In this document: piece by piece, positions 23,003 to 31,852 of the stretch | How the letters are laid out: each line of letters begins with the position of its first letter | Position numbering within the stretch: position 1 is the first letter of the stretch | NCBI GenBank assembly: GCA_035264545.1 | Contig: DATFPZ010000219.1 | Location: forward strand, 1 to 37,598 | DNA length: 37,598 bases | Direction: 5' to 3' | Source of the DNA: Acidimicrobiia bacterium | Lineage (GTDB): Bacteria > Actinomycetota > Acidimicrobiia > IMCC26256 > JACDBD01 | The notes under the pieces: model-generated | Told to the model about the DNA's origin: nothing | The model's database searches: none | Seen by the model: only the letters and a program-made list of their open reading frames with translations | Position numbers and translations under genes: made by a program

Positions 23003-24481
23003 ATGGCCACCACCACCCGTACCGGCGCCAGGAACCTGATCCTGGCGCTGACGTGCGCGGCCCAGTTCATGGTGATCCTCGACGTCGCCATCGTGAACGT
23101 GGCGTTGCCGTCGATCCAGCGCGACCTGGGCGTCAGCCAGAGCACGCTGCAGTGGGTCGTCATCGCGTACGGCCTGATGCTCGGAGGATTCCTCTTGTTC
23201 GGCGGGCGCCTAGCCGACCTGCTCGGCAGGCGACGGATCCTCCTCACCGGACTGACCATCTTCACGGGCGCGTCGTTCCTCGCCGGCATCTCCCAGTCGA
23301 TCGGGCTCCTGATCGTCACCCGAGGGCTCCAGGGCTTCGGCGCCGCCCTGGTGGCGCCGGCCGCACTCTCGATCCTCGCCGTCACCTTCTCCGAGGGTCA
23401 GGAGCGCAACCGCGCCCTCGGGATCTTCGGCGCCGTGGGCGGCACCTCGGCGTCGATCGGCGTGATCGCCAGCGGGCTGCTGACCGACGGCCCGGGCTGG
23501 CGGTGGGTGTTCTTCATCAACGTGCCCGTGGGCATCGTGCTCATCGCGCTCGCCACCGTGTTCCTCGTCGCCGACCGCGCGGAACGGGGCGGCAGACAGT
23601 TCGACGTCGCCGGCGCAAGCACCGTGACCGGTGGGCTGCTGCTGCTCGTGTACGCCCTCAACCGGGGCGCCGACTACGGCTGGGCCTCTGCTTCGACGCT
23701 GTTGCTGTTCGGGGCGGCGGCGCTGTTGCTCGCCGCCTTCGTGCGGATCGAGGGGCGGTCCCGCCATCCGCTCGTTCCCGCTACCGCGCTCCGGAATCGC
23801 ACGCTCGTCGCGGCCAACCTCTCGGCGTTCTTCACCTTCAGCGCCTTCTTCTCGTTCATCTTCCTGGGCTCGCTGTTGATGCAGCAGGGACTCGGATACT
23901 CGGCGACGAAGACGGGCGTGTCGTGGCTGGCGACCTCGGTGACCGCCTTCCTTGCGTCCGCCTTCACCGGTGCCCGGCTCGTTGGTCGCTTCGGCGTGCG
24001 CCGTCTCCTCGTCACCGGGCTCTCCCTGCTCGCGATCGGAGTCCTCTGGTTGACGCGGGTACCGGCGGACGCCAACTACGTCACGGATCTGCTGCCGGCG
24101 CTGCTGCTCGCCGGGGTGGCAATCGGGCTCTGCGCTCCCTCCGTGCAGATCGGAGCGCTGTCAGGCGTCTCCGATGCGGCGACGGGATTGGCGGCCGGCC
24201 TGGTCGAGACCATGCGCGAGATCGGAGGTGCCGCCGGTGTCGCGGCGGTGTCGACCGTGCTCGTCTCGCAAGCCGGCTTCGACGGATTCCACGCCGCGTT
24301 CCTCGTCATCTGCATCGCGGCCGCGCTCGGCGCGCTCATCGCAACGGTCGCATTCGAGCGTCGCACTCGGTCGGTGTCGGACGAGTCGCTCGGCGGGACG
24401 GTCGCTCCGGCGGGAGCCCCCGCGCTCGTGCCCGTGCCGGTTCCGGTGGAAGACCGCCCGGACGTGGTCCCGCGCAATTAG
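23003..24481 (+). CDS. MFS transporter, DHA2 (EmrB/QacA, 14-TMS) drug:H+ antiporter type
   Basis: Internal ATG of ORF 22943..24481, preceded by a GGAGTGAGGAG RBS. It has FMVILDVAIVNVALPSIQRDLG, the motif A-like GGRLADLLGRRR and about 14 hydrophobic segments. Confidence 0.9.
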   Translation: MATTTRTGARNLILALTCAAQFMVILDVAIVNVALPSIQRDLGVSQSTLQWVVIAYGLMLGGFLLFGGRLADLLGRRRILLTGLTIFTGASFLAGISQSIGLLIVTRGLQGFGAALVAPAALSILAVTFSEGQERNRALGIFGAVGGTSASIGVIASGLLTDGPGWRWVFFINVPVGIVLIALATVFLVADRAERGGRQFDVAGASTVTGGLLLLVYALNRGADYGWASASTLLLFGAAALLLAAFVRIEGRSRHPLVPATALRNRTLVAANLSAFFTFSAFFSFIFLGSLLMQQGLGYSATKTGVSWLATSVTAFLASAFTGARLVGRFGVRRLLVTGLSLLAIGVLWLTRVPADANYVTDLLPALLLAGVAIGLCAPSVQIGALSGVSDAATGLAAGLVETMREIGGAAGVAAVSTVLVSQAGFDGFHAAFLVICIAAALGALIATVAFERRTRSVSDESLGGTVAPAGAPALVPVPVPVEDRPDVVPRN

Positions 24482-24496
24482 GCGCGGGACCACGTC
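24461..24496. terminator. perfect 15-bp stem / 6-nt loop hairpin spanning the overlapping stop codons of convergent genes (candidate bidirectional terminator)
   Basis: GACGTGGTCCCGCGC-AATTAG-GCGCGGGACCACGTC. The loop holds the MFS TAG (24479-81) and the SRPBCC TAA (24480-78 on the minus strand). No U-tract is present. Confidence 0.5.
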
Positions 24497-24894
24497 GGGG
24501 CCTCCAGCGTCTGCTTGACGACGCCGATGCCGTGCGCCATGAGCTCGTCGATCCGAGGAGCGAGCTCGTCCGGGAGGACGTCCTTGATCCAGACGAACCG
24601 GCTGCGACCGTCCGCGTCCGGGAGGACCTGGGCGGACGAGTTGTCGTGGGTACTTCCCAAGGGACTCTCGACGATGGAGTAGACGAGGCGACGGGCGTCG
24701 TCGTCGATGTCGACCAGCAGCTCGCGTGCCACCGCGCCGTTGAAGAAGGTGACGACCCTCGCGTTGCCCTCGAGCCGGCAGTCGACGACGAACCCGGGTG
24801 CGAGCCGTTGGTGGACGGCACCGAAGTCGCGCAGCGCGTCCCAGACGTCGCCGGGCGATGCGTCGATGACAACCTGCTTGGTGATCGAAGCCAC
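24478..24894 (-). CDS. SRPBCC (polyketide cyclase/dehydrase-like) ligand-binding protein
   Basis: 138-aa ORF. MASITKQVVIDASPGDVWDALRDFG... is the typical SRPBCC N-terminus, and the size is typical of the family. Confidence 0.8.
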   Translation of the reverse strand: MASITKQVVIDASPGDVWDALRDFGAVHQRLAPGFVVDCRLEGNARVVTFFNGAVARELLVDIDDDARRLVYSIVESPLGSTHDNSSAQVLPDADGRSRFVWIKDVLPDELAPRIDELMAHGIGVVKQTLEAPTWSRA

Positions 24895-24922
24895 GGGATT
24901 CTCCTGATATTCGGGTTGCGCG

Positions 24923-25759
24923 TCAAACGTCGGAGCTGCGGATGGGCCAGCAGAGCTCGGTGCGCAGCTCGTCGGGATCGTCGGTGTGCGACGCGGCGAC
25001 GAGGTACAGCTCCCGGACCGGTAGGTCGGCCGGCTCGGCGTGCTCGGCGACCCACGCCCCGAGGTTCCGGTACGTGTCGTCCATGTCGTCGTAGGCGCCG
25101 TGATGGGCGATGACGGCGACCTCGGTGGCCGGCAGCTCGCCTACCTGCACCCCGACGGCGCGCGACGAAGCTGAGAGCAGCGGTGCCGACGCGACTGGCA
25201 GGAACGCCACCACCTCCTGCGCGTCGTCGTCGAGGAGCGTCGGGTAGCACCCGCCGAAGGAACCGACGACCACGGCACCGTCGGTGGCGGCGGCCTCGGA
25301 CAGGGCGGCGAACGCCCGGTCGAGGAATGCGAGCCAGCTTGCCTCGCTGACGGTCCCCGAGAACGTGAGCACGGTGAGCGCCCGTTCGTGGCGGCGGTGC
25401 ACGGGCGTGTGCAGCGTCGGTGCCTCGAGCGCCACGTTGAGCTCGTCGATGGCCCGCTGCATCCCGGCGAGCCGCGCCTCGAGGACGCTGCCGTGCTCGT
25501 CGAGGATCTTCCTCGTGACCGCCGGGTCGCGGGCGTCGAGCACTTCCCTGATCGCTTCGAGGGGCACGTCGAGGAGGCGCAGCCGGCGGATGATGGCGGC
25601 ATCGGTCAGCTGGGCGACCGAGTACGACCGGTATCCGGTCCGAGGATCGACGTCGGCCGGCACCAACAGGCCGGTTTCGTGATAGGCGCGCAGGGACTTC
25701 ACCGACAGCGACGACGCCCTCGAGAAATCACCGATGCGCAGCAGCGCGTCCCCGGCCAC
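24923..25759 (-). CDS. MerR-family regulator with C-terminal GyrI-like effector-binding domain
   Basis: 278-aa ORF with a GTG start and a GGAGG RBS. The MerR HTH is LRIGDFSRASSLSVKSLRAYHETGLL...GYRSY, followed by a coiled coil and then a GyrI-like domain. Confidence 0.85.
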   Translation of the reverse strand: MAGDALLRIGDFSRASSLSVKSLRAYHETGLLVPADVDPRTGYRSYSVAQLTDAAIIRRLRLLDVPLEAIREVLDARDPAVTRKILDEHGSVLEARLAGMQRAIDELNVALEAPTLHTPVHRRHERALTVLTFSGTVSEASWLAFLDRAFAALSEAAATDGAVVVGSFGGCYPTLLDDDAQEVVAFLPVASAPLLSASSRAVGVQVGELPATEVAVIAHHGAYDDMDDTYRNLGAWVAEHAEPADLPVRELYLVAASHTDDPDELRTELCWPIRSSDV

Positions 25760-25830
25760 GGGGCCATCCTCCGATCTCCCCCCGGGGGAGAGTCAAGCGT
25801 CAGGCGGTGCTTCGGGCGCGACGACGCGCG

Positions 25831-26619
25831 TCAGAGCTTCGAGCCGCTGGTGATGAAGAAGGTGACGGCGTACATGAACTCCCCGCCGGCGACGGAGGCG
25901 TCGATGTCGGCGTCCCATTGGGCGACCTCGTCGTCGGTGAGCAGCCCTTCGGCGTGCATCAGCCGTGGCCACGTCATGAAACCGAACGCATCACGCGGAT
26001 CCGTGAGGACGAGCGTCGCCGCCTCGCATTCCACATCGGCGAGTCCCGCCCGCCGGAACAGGCGCGGGAGCTGCCGCCCGATGGTGCCGTTGCACAGGTT
26101 GCGGTCCCGCCGGAAGTCCTTCACTTTGCGGAGCAGCGCGGGATCGGAGACGTCGGCGATGAGCGTCTCCTGATCGGGATCGATGGCGACGACGCGTCCG
26201 CCCGCGCGTGTGACGCGGGTGATCTCGTCGACAGCGTCCTCGGGCCCGGGGACGTGCTGGAGCACACGGTCGATGCGGGTGCCCTCGAACGCACCGTCGT
26301 CGTAGGGCAGCGCCCGCGCGTCGGCTTGCAGGTAGGAGCCGCCGCGAGTGTGGGCCGTCTTGAGCATGACCGCCGACGCGTCGACGCCGATCGCGATGCC
26401 GTCGGGACCCGCCGTCACCGCCAGGGCGCGGGTGTCATGGCCGGTTCCGCAGCCGACGTCGAGGAGGCGCGCGCCGGGCTTGACGTGCAGCAGGTCGACG
26501 GTCCGCTCCTTGTAGGCGCGAATGAACGGCCAGTCGCACATCGTGTCCATCCATTCGGCCGCCCCCACGGGGTCGGCCGAATGGTCGACATCGGAGTAAG
26601 TACCGGTCAGGTGAACCAT
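25831..26619 (-). CDS. class I SAM-dependent methyltransferase
   Basis: Internal ATG 26619 of ORF 25831..27105 ([10 protein letters not shown]...). Motif I is [11 protein letters not shown]; post-I and motif II are also present. Confidence 0.85.
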   Translation of the reverse strand: MVHLTGTYSDVDHSADPVGAAEWMDTMCDWPFIRAYKERTVDLLHVKPGARLLDVGCGTGHDTRALAVTAGPDGIAIGVDASAVMLKTAHTRGGSYLQADARALPYDDGAFEGTRIDRVLQHVPGPEDAVDEITRVTRAGGRVVAIDPDQETLIADVSDPALLRKVKDFRRDRNLCNGTIGRQLPRLFRRAGLADVECEAATLVLTDPRDAFGFMTWPRLMHAEGLLTDDEVAQWDADIDASVAGGEFMYAVTFFITSGSKL

Positions 26620-26660
26620 TTGCGGAAAACGTAATCGAGGAACAAACGGGCAGACGACGA

Positions 26661-27161
26661 TCAAGCCGACCGTGCTGCGAAGGGCCGGCGGATCATACGC
26701 AACAGACGAGCCCGGTTGTAGCGCTGGATGGCCAGGCACGGGACGTTGGCGATGACCCCGTATCCAGCCATTGCCAGCCCCAGCCACCACGGGCTCCACA
26801 GGAAGAACAAGGGGCTGGCGGCCAGGATCGACCAGTGCGTGAGCTCGGCCCGCCGGGTCTCGACGGCGAAGCGCTCGAGATAGACCGGATTGGTGGACCT
26901 CACGCGTCGCTTCGAGAATCCGCCGCGGAAGAGCGCGCCTGCTTCTGGGAGAAGGTCCTTCCACCGCTTGATCCGGAGCCATCGCTCGTAGAACCGGCCG
27001 CCGGCCTCGAACCCTCGGATGCGCAGCAACCCGCGGTCGAGCGCCAGGCGAGACGACGGGATGCGATGCGCGACGTAGCCGCAGAGCAAGCTCCAGGACG
27101 CCCACACGCCGGCGTCGAGCAACACGATGACGAGATTCCGCCGCGTCGCCAGGGTGCTCAC
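26661..27161 (-). CDS. CrtO-like acyltransferase (glycosyl-4,4'-diaponeurosporenoate acyltransferase family)
   Basis: GTG 27161 within ORF 26661..27518, overlapping the upstream stop as GTGA; 166 aa. It aligns by eye to S. aureus CrtO blocks: WLRIKRWKDLLPE, ETRRAELTHW (ETKRAELIHW), ANVPCLAIQRYNRARL (ANVPIIIVQRYNRPRL). Confidence 0.75.
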   Translation of the reverse strand: MSTLATRRNLVIVLLDAGVWASWSLLCGYVAHRIPSSRLALDRGLLRIRGFEAGGRFYERWLRIKRWKDLLPEAGALFRGGFSKRRVRSTNPVYLERFAVETRRAELTHWSILAASPLFFLWSPWWLGLAMAGYGVIANVPCLAIQRYNRARLLRMIRRPFAARSA

Positions 27162-28282
27162 CGCCTCGCCCGCTCCGGTCGTACCGGGACGGCTCTCCCC
27201 TTCCACCGGACCTGTCCGCGCGCCGTGAGCACGATCGACCGGAAGAAGATGACGAACCACGCCGCCAGCGGTATGGGGAACAGCCCGGCCGCCCACGAGT
27301 AGTTGCCGAGCGGACGGAGTTGCACAGCCAGTTGCACCGCGAACGCGATGAACCCGATCCACACCACGACTCCCGGACCCGACCACCCGGCTATCGCGGC
27401 GATCGCTTCGCGAACCGGCGCCTGCGCCGCGGTGCCCACGCCCACCACCCACGCGAACACGAGCAGGAAGCGCAGGACCGGCGTGGACCGGGCGCCGGAC
27501 GCGAAGTTCTTGCTCCAACCCTCGACGAGGTCATGCAGGCCGCCGCCGTAGAGACGGAAGCTGATCGCGCCGCGCCCCCCAGCGACGCGCACGGGCAGCC
27601 CGGCACGGCGGAACTGCTGCGCGAGCGCCACGTCGTCGACGACGGCGCCGCGTATCGACTCGTGACCGCCGGCCGTGTCGTAGTCACGGCGGTCACAGGC
27701 CAGGCACGGTCCGTATGCTCCCGTGACGCGCGCCGAGGGGCGCGCCGAGGCCGCGCCGACGCCCATGAGCGAGATCACGCTGAAAAAGGCCGAGAGGCGC
27801 TCGTACTGTCGCTGCATGCGGTGGTACGGCATCACCGACAGCATCCCCGGCCGGTGATCGAGCGCGTCGAGTAGGCGGGCGAGCAGGTCGGGCTCGGGTT
27901 CGGTATCGGCGTCGAGGAACACGAGCACGTCTCCCGTCGCGCGCTGCGCGCCCGTCCAGCACGCCCACGTCTTCCCGGTCCAGCCGTCGGGCAGAGCCGG
28001 GGCGGTGATGACGTCGGCGCCGGCCGCGCCGGCGACGGCACTGGTGTCGTCCTCGGAATCGTCGTCGACCACCAGCAGCTCGTCGGCGGGGCGCGTCTGG
28101 GCGGCGAGCGCGGCGAGCAAGCCGGGGAGACGGCCGGCCTCGTTCCGTGCGGGCACCACCACTGACACCCTGCGGCCGCAGGCGGCGCTCGAGGCGAGCG
28201 GGAGCCGGGGTACGCGCCAGAGCAGCAGCCACCCGATGATCCAGGTGACCGCGAGGAGCGGCACCTCGAACAGCGGTCTCAC
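27158..28282 (-). CDS. CrtQ-like family-2 glycosyltransferase (membrane-bound)
   Basis: 374-aa ORF with a GTG start. An N-terminal TM is followed by a GT2 core (VSVVVPARNE, VVDDDSEDDT, FLDADT) and C-terminal TM bundles. Its size and layout match 4,4'-diaponeurosporenoate glycosyltransferase. Confidence 0.8.
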   Translation of the reverse strand: MRPLFEVPLLAVTWIIGWLLLWRVPRLPLASSAACGRRVSVVVPARNEAGRLPGLLAALAAQTRPADELLVVDDDSEDDTSAVAGAAGADVITAPALPDGWTGKTWACWTGAQRATGDVLVFLDADTEPEPDLLARLLDALDHRPGMLSVMPYHRMQRQYERLSAFFSVISLMGVGAASARPSARVTGAYGPCLACDRRDYDTAGGHESIRGAVVDDVALAQQFRRAGLPVRVAGGRGAISFRLYGGGLHDLVEGWSKNFASGARSTPVLRFLLVFAWVVGVGTAAQAPVREAIAAIAGWSGPGVVVWIGFIAFAVQLAVQLRPLGNYSWAAGLFPIPLAAWFVIFFRSIVLTARGQVRWKGRAVPVRPERARR

Positions 28283-28335
28283 GCCAGTAGTTCTACGCCG
28301 CCCGCCGTCCGGATGTAGGGGTAGCGTGCCGCGAG

Positions 28336-29541
28336 ATGGACTTCGAGTTCAGCGCCCGTTCGCTCGAGCTCCAGAAGCAGCTGCGCGACTTCATCGAGAC
28401 GCACGTCGTCCCGGCCGAGCCCGTGTACCGGCAGCAGGTGGAGGAATCAGGCGACCCCCACTTCCACCCGCCCGTCATGGAGGACCTGAAGGCCGAGGCG
28501 CGCCAGCGCGGCCTGTGGAACCTGTTCCTCCCCAATCCGAACTGGGGCGCGGGCCTCTCGAACCTCGACTACGCGCCGCTCTGCGAGCTGATGGGACGCA
28601 ACCTGCTCGCGGCGGAGGCGACGAACTGTGCCGCGCCCGATACCGGCAACATGGAGATCCTCGCCGAGTTCGGCACCGCGGAGCAGCAAGAGGAGTGGCT
28701 GCTGCCGCTGCTGCACGGCGAGATCCGGTCCTGTTTCGCGATGACCGAGCCCTGGGTGGCGAGCTCCGACGCCACCAACCTCCAGAGCCGTATCGAACGC
28801 GATGGTGACGACTACGTGGTCAACGCGCACAAGTGGTGGACGAGCGGCGCAGCGTCGGCACGTTGCAAGGTCGCCGTCCTCTTGGGCGTCTCGAACCCCG
28901 ATGCGGACCCGTACCACCGTCAGTCGATGATCCTGGTGCCGATGGACGCGCCCGGTGTGCGGGTCGTGCGCACGCTCCCCGTCTTCGGGCATGACGCCGG
29001 CGGCGGCCATTGCGAGACGCTGTACGAGAACGTGCGGCTCCCGGCGTCGAACCTGTTGGGGGAGGAAGGCGGCGGGTTCGCCATCGCGCAGGCGCGGCTG
29101 GGCCCGGGCCGCATACATCACTGCATGCGGGCGATCGGCCTCGCCGAGAAGGCGCTCGAGCTGATGTGCGAGCGGGCATGGTTGCGCAGGCCGTTCGGGA
29201 AATCCCTCGCGGAGCAAGGGGTCGTGCAGGACCGCATCGCCGAATCCCGCATTGAGATCGAGCAGGCCCGCCTCCTCGTGCTCAAAGCCGCCTGGCTGAT
29301 GGACACGGCCGGGAACAAGGGTGCCCGGTTCGAGATCGCCGCGATCAAGGTGGTGGCGGCACGCCTCGCGACGACGGTGATCGACCGGGCGATTCAACTC
29401 TTCGGTGGCGCAGGCGTGTCGGACGACTGGCCGCTGGCGTCGATGTACACGCACGCGCGGACGCTGCACCTGGTCGACGGGCCCGACGAGGTGCACAAGC
29501 AGCAGATCGCCCGCCGCGAGCTCCGGCCGTACCAGCCGTGA
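28336..29541 (+). CDS. acyl-CoA dehydrogenase
   Basis: 401-aa ORF with the ACAD N, middle and C domains (CFAMTEP, WWTSGA, ...IHHCMRAIGLAE..., QLFGGAGVS). Confidence 0.9.
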   Translation: MDFEFSARSLELQKQLRDFIETHVVPAEPVYRQQVEESGDPHFHPPVMEDLKAEARQRGLWNLFLPNPNWGAGLSNLDYAPLCELMGRNLLAAEATNCAAPDTGNMEILAEFGTAEQQEEWLLPLLHGEIRSCFAMTEPWVASSDATNLQSRIERDGDDYVVNAHKWWTSGAASARCKVAVLLGVSNPDADPYHRQSMILVPMDAPGVRVVRTLPVFGHDAGGGHCETLYENVRLPASNLLGEEGGGFAIAQARLGPGRIHHCMRAIGLAEKALELMCERAWLRRPFGKSLAEQGVVQDRIAESRIEIEQARLLVLKAAWLMDTAGNKGARFEIAAIKVVAARLATTVIDRAIQLFGGAGVSDDWPLASMYTHARTLHLVDGPDEVHKQQIARRELRPYQP

Positions 29542-30431
29542 AAGTCCGCATCGGCTACGGGCTCGGCGTGCAGGGCCTCCGCGACGACACGAGCTTCGGC
29601 GAGCTCGTCGACGGGCTCGAGGAGCGCGGCTTCGACTCGCTGTGGCTCTCGGAGCGGCTCACCGGCGATGCTCCCGACCCGATGGTCGGCCTCGCGTTCG
29701 CGGCCGGCCGGACCCGGAAGCTCAAGCTCGGCACGAGCGTGCAGGTGCTCCCGGGACGAAACCCGGCCGACGTCGCCAAGGAGTGGGCGAGCCTCGACCG
29801 GCTCTCGGGTGGGCGCACTCTTCCCGCGTTCGGCCTCGGCGTCGCCAACCCGGCGGAACAGCAGGCGTTCGGCGTGACGCGTGACGAACGCGCCGCATGG
29901 TTCGACGAGGCGCTCCCACTCGTGCGGCGGCTGTGGACCGAAGACGCCGTCGACCACGACGGACCCCGCTTCTCCTACCGGGCGATCTCGGTCCGGCCGA
30001 AACCGGTGCAGCAGCCGCCCGACGTGTGGCTCGGCGGCCGCGCCAAGAGCGAGCTGCGGCGGGTGGGACGGCTCGGCGACGGCTGGCTCCCGAGCTTCTC
30101 GACCCCCGCGGAGGTAGCGGCGGGTCGCGTCGTCGTCGAGGAGGCGGCGGCCGACTCCGGCCGCGAGATCGAGGACGAGCACTACGGCGCCCTCGTGATC
30201 TACGCACGCGACGCGATCCCCGAGCTGCTCGCGTCGGGGATCAAGGCCCGCCGGCCCGACGTCGAGCCCGGCGACCTCGTCCCGGTCGGGCTGCCCGCGC
30301 TGCGGGCGCGCCTCGAGCAGTTCCTCGAGCACGGCTTCTCGAAGCTCGTGCTGGTGCCCGCGCACGATCCGGGGTCATGGGCCGCCGAGCTCGACGACGC
30401 CGCGCGCGAGATCCTCCCGCTGCAGACGTAG
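29538..30431 (+). CDS. LLM-class (luciferase-like) F420-dependent oxidoreductase
   Basis: 297-aa ORF whose GTG overlaps the ACAD stop as GTGA. MKVRIGYGLG...GFDSLWLSERL...LKLGTSVQVLPGRNP is typical of the F420-dependent LLM subgroup. Confidence 0.85.
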   Translation: MKVRIGYGLGVQGLRDDTSFGELVDGLEERGFDSLWLSERLTGDAPDPMVGLAFAAGRTRKLKLGTSVQVLPGRNPADVAKEWASLDRLSGGRTLPAFGLGVANPAEQQAFGVTRDERAAWFDEALPLVRRLWTEDAVDHDGPRFSYRAISVRPKPVQQPPDVWLGGRAKSELRRVGRLGDGWLPSFSTPAEVAAGRVVVEEAAADSGREIEDEHYGALVIYARDAIPELLASGIKARRPDVEPGDLVPVGLPALRARLEQFLEHGFSKLVLVPAHDPGSWAAELDDAAREILPLQT

Positions 30432-30653
30432 GCCGGCCGACGCGCGAATGGAGCGGGGGGCGGCCGCCGGGCGATGCGTCCCGGGCAGTCCGGCCCGCCC
30501 GGCCGAGACCCGGGTCGAAGACCCGAGCTGAGCGAGCGCAGCGAGCGAAGCGAGCAGGGGCTCGGACGGATCAGCGGTGCCGGCCCGGGCGCATCAGTCC
30601 GGTGCGCCGTCCACCGCGGTCACGTGCCACCCGGCCTGTGCGCGCCCGAGCTG

Positions 30654-31061
30654 CTACGGGCGTGGGATCGACTGGACGGCCCAGCCGTTGCCGTCGGGGT
30701 CGCTGAAGAAGACGAAAGAACCCCACGGGAAGTGCTGGACCTCGCTGACGTCGACGCCTCGCTCGACGAGCTCGGCGCGTGCGGCGTCGATGTCGGGTAC
30801 CACCATCTGGAGGCCTTGCACCGAGCCCGGCGGCATGTCGCTGAGGCCGGTGCCGAGCGCGATCGAGGTCGGGGACCCGGGCGGGGTGAGCTGCACGAAG
30901 CGCAGCTCATCGCTCACCTGGTGGTCGTGGTCGGCGTTGAAGCCGGCCTTGTCGGTGTAGAAGGCCTTCGCGCGATCCACGTCCGAGACGGGCACCTGCA
31001 CGAGCTCGAGTCGCCAGTCCACGGGCGGGAATCTATCGGGAGTCGCGCAGTCGGGCGGCAC
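30654..31061 (-). CDS. VOC/glyoxalase-family protein
   Basis: 135-aa ORF with a GTG start. LELVQVPVSDVDRAKAFYTDKAGF...FFSDPDGNGWAVQ is typical of the family. Confidence 0.8.
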   Translation of the reverse strand: MPPDCATPDRFPPVDWRLELVQVPVSDVDRAKAFYTDKAGFNADHDHQVSDELRFVQLTPPGSPTSIALGTGLSDMPPGSVQGLQMVVPDIDAARAELVERGVDVSEVQHFPWGSFVFFSDPDGNGWAVQSIPRP

Positions 31062-31100
31062 GTGCTCGACATCTCACCGTCGAGGAAGATTCGCATCGGC

Positions 31101-31841
31101 CTACGCGGGGCGGTGGCCGATGAGTGCGCACAGCCCGGTCGGGAGCTCCTCGGCGCCGAACGAGGCGGCAACGCGCGCTTCGACGCCGTGCGTCGCCAGG
31201 AACGCGGGAACGCGGGTGGTGTCGATCAGGACGTTGTCGTGTCGCTCGTCGTCCCGGCGCCAGGACCCGTCGTCGTTGCGGACGAAGGTCGTCATCTCCC
31301 GGACGAAGCGGTTCGCCGCCGGAACCGAGAACTGGGTGATGATCGCCCAGTCGTCACCGACGCGGCCCTGGCTGGACCAGTCTCGTCGCGCTTCACCCCA
31401 TGCGAGATCGCACACGTCGACCGCGAGCACGCCACCGGGCCGCAACGCCTCCGCGATAGCAATGAGCGCCCGGTCGACGGCCGCTTCGTCGGGCAGGTAG
31501 CTCAGGGCGTGGCCCACGCCGACGATCGCGTCGGCGGGCGGGATCGGGTCGTCGGGAAGCGTGACCTGGCGGACGTCCTCCGCGTCTGGCGCCTGTTCGC
31601 GGGCGAGCTCGAGCATCGCCGGCGACGCGTCGGTCGCGAGGACCCGATGGCCGGCGTCGAGGAGGTGCCGGGTGAGCAATCCGCTCCCACACCCGAGCTC
31701 GACGACCAGGCCGTCACGCTCACGCACGCGTGCGAGCAGTGCCGCCATCCCGGGTGCGCAGGCGTCGGCGTGGAAGCCGTACCCACGGTGGTGCACCAGC
31801 GCGAGGTCGTGGCGGTAATACGGATCTTCGACGTCGTCCAT
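31101..31841 (-). CDS. class I SAM-dependent methyltransferase
   Basis: 246-aa ORF. Motif I is VVELGCGSGLLT, followed by VLATDASPAML and GGVLAVD. Confidence 0.85.
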   Translation of the reverse strand: MDDVEDPYYRHDLALVHHRGYGFHADACAPGMAALLARVRERDGLVVELGCGSGLLTRHLLDAGHRVLATDASPAMLELAREQAPDAEDVRQVTLPDDPIPPADAIVGVGHALSYLPDEAAVDRALIAIAEALRPGGVLAVDVCDLAWGEARRDWSSQGRVGDDWAIITQFSVPAANRFVREMTTFVRNDDGSWRRDDERHDNVLIDTTRVPAFLATHGVEARVAASFGAEELPTGLCALIGHRPA

Positions 31842-31852
31842 CAGCCGCGCGT

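Noticed and set aside
25831-28282. Calling this region a carotenoid (staphyloxanthin-type) biosynthetic gene cluster.
   Set aside because: Only the tailoring-type enzymes (CrtQ-like and CrtO-like) are present. No synthase, desaturase or oxidase is in the window. The adjacent MerR regulator has a GyrI-like domain rather than the B12-binding domain of light-responsive carotenoid regulators.
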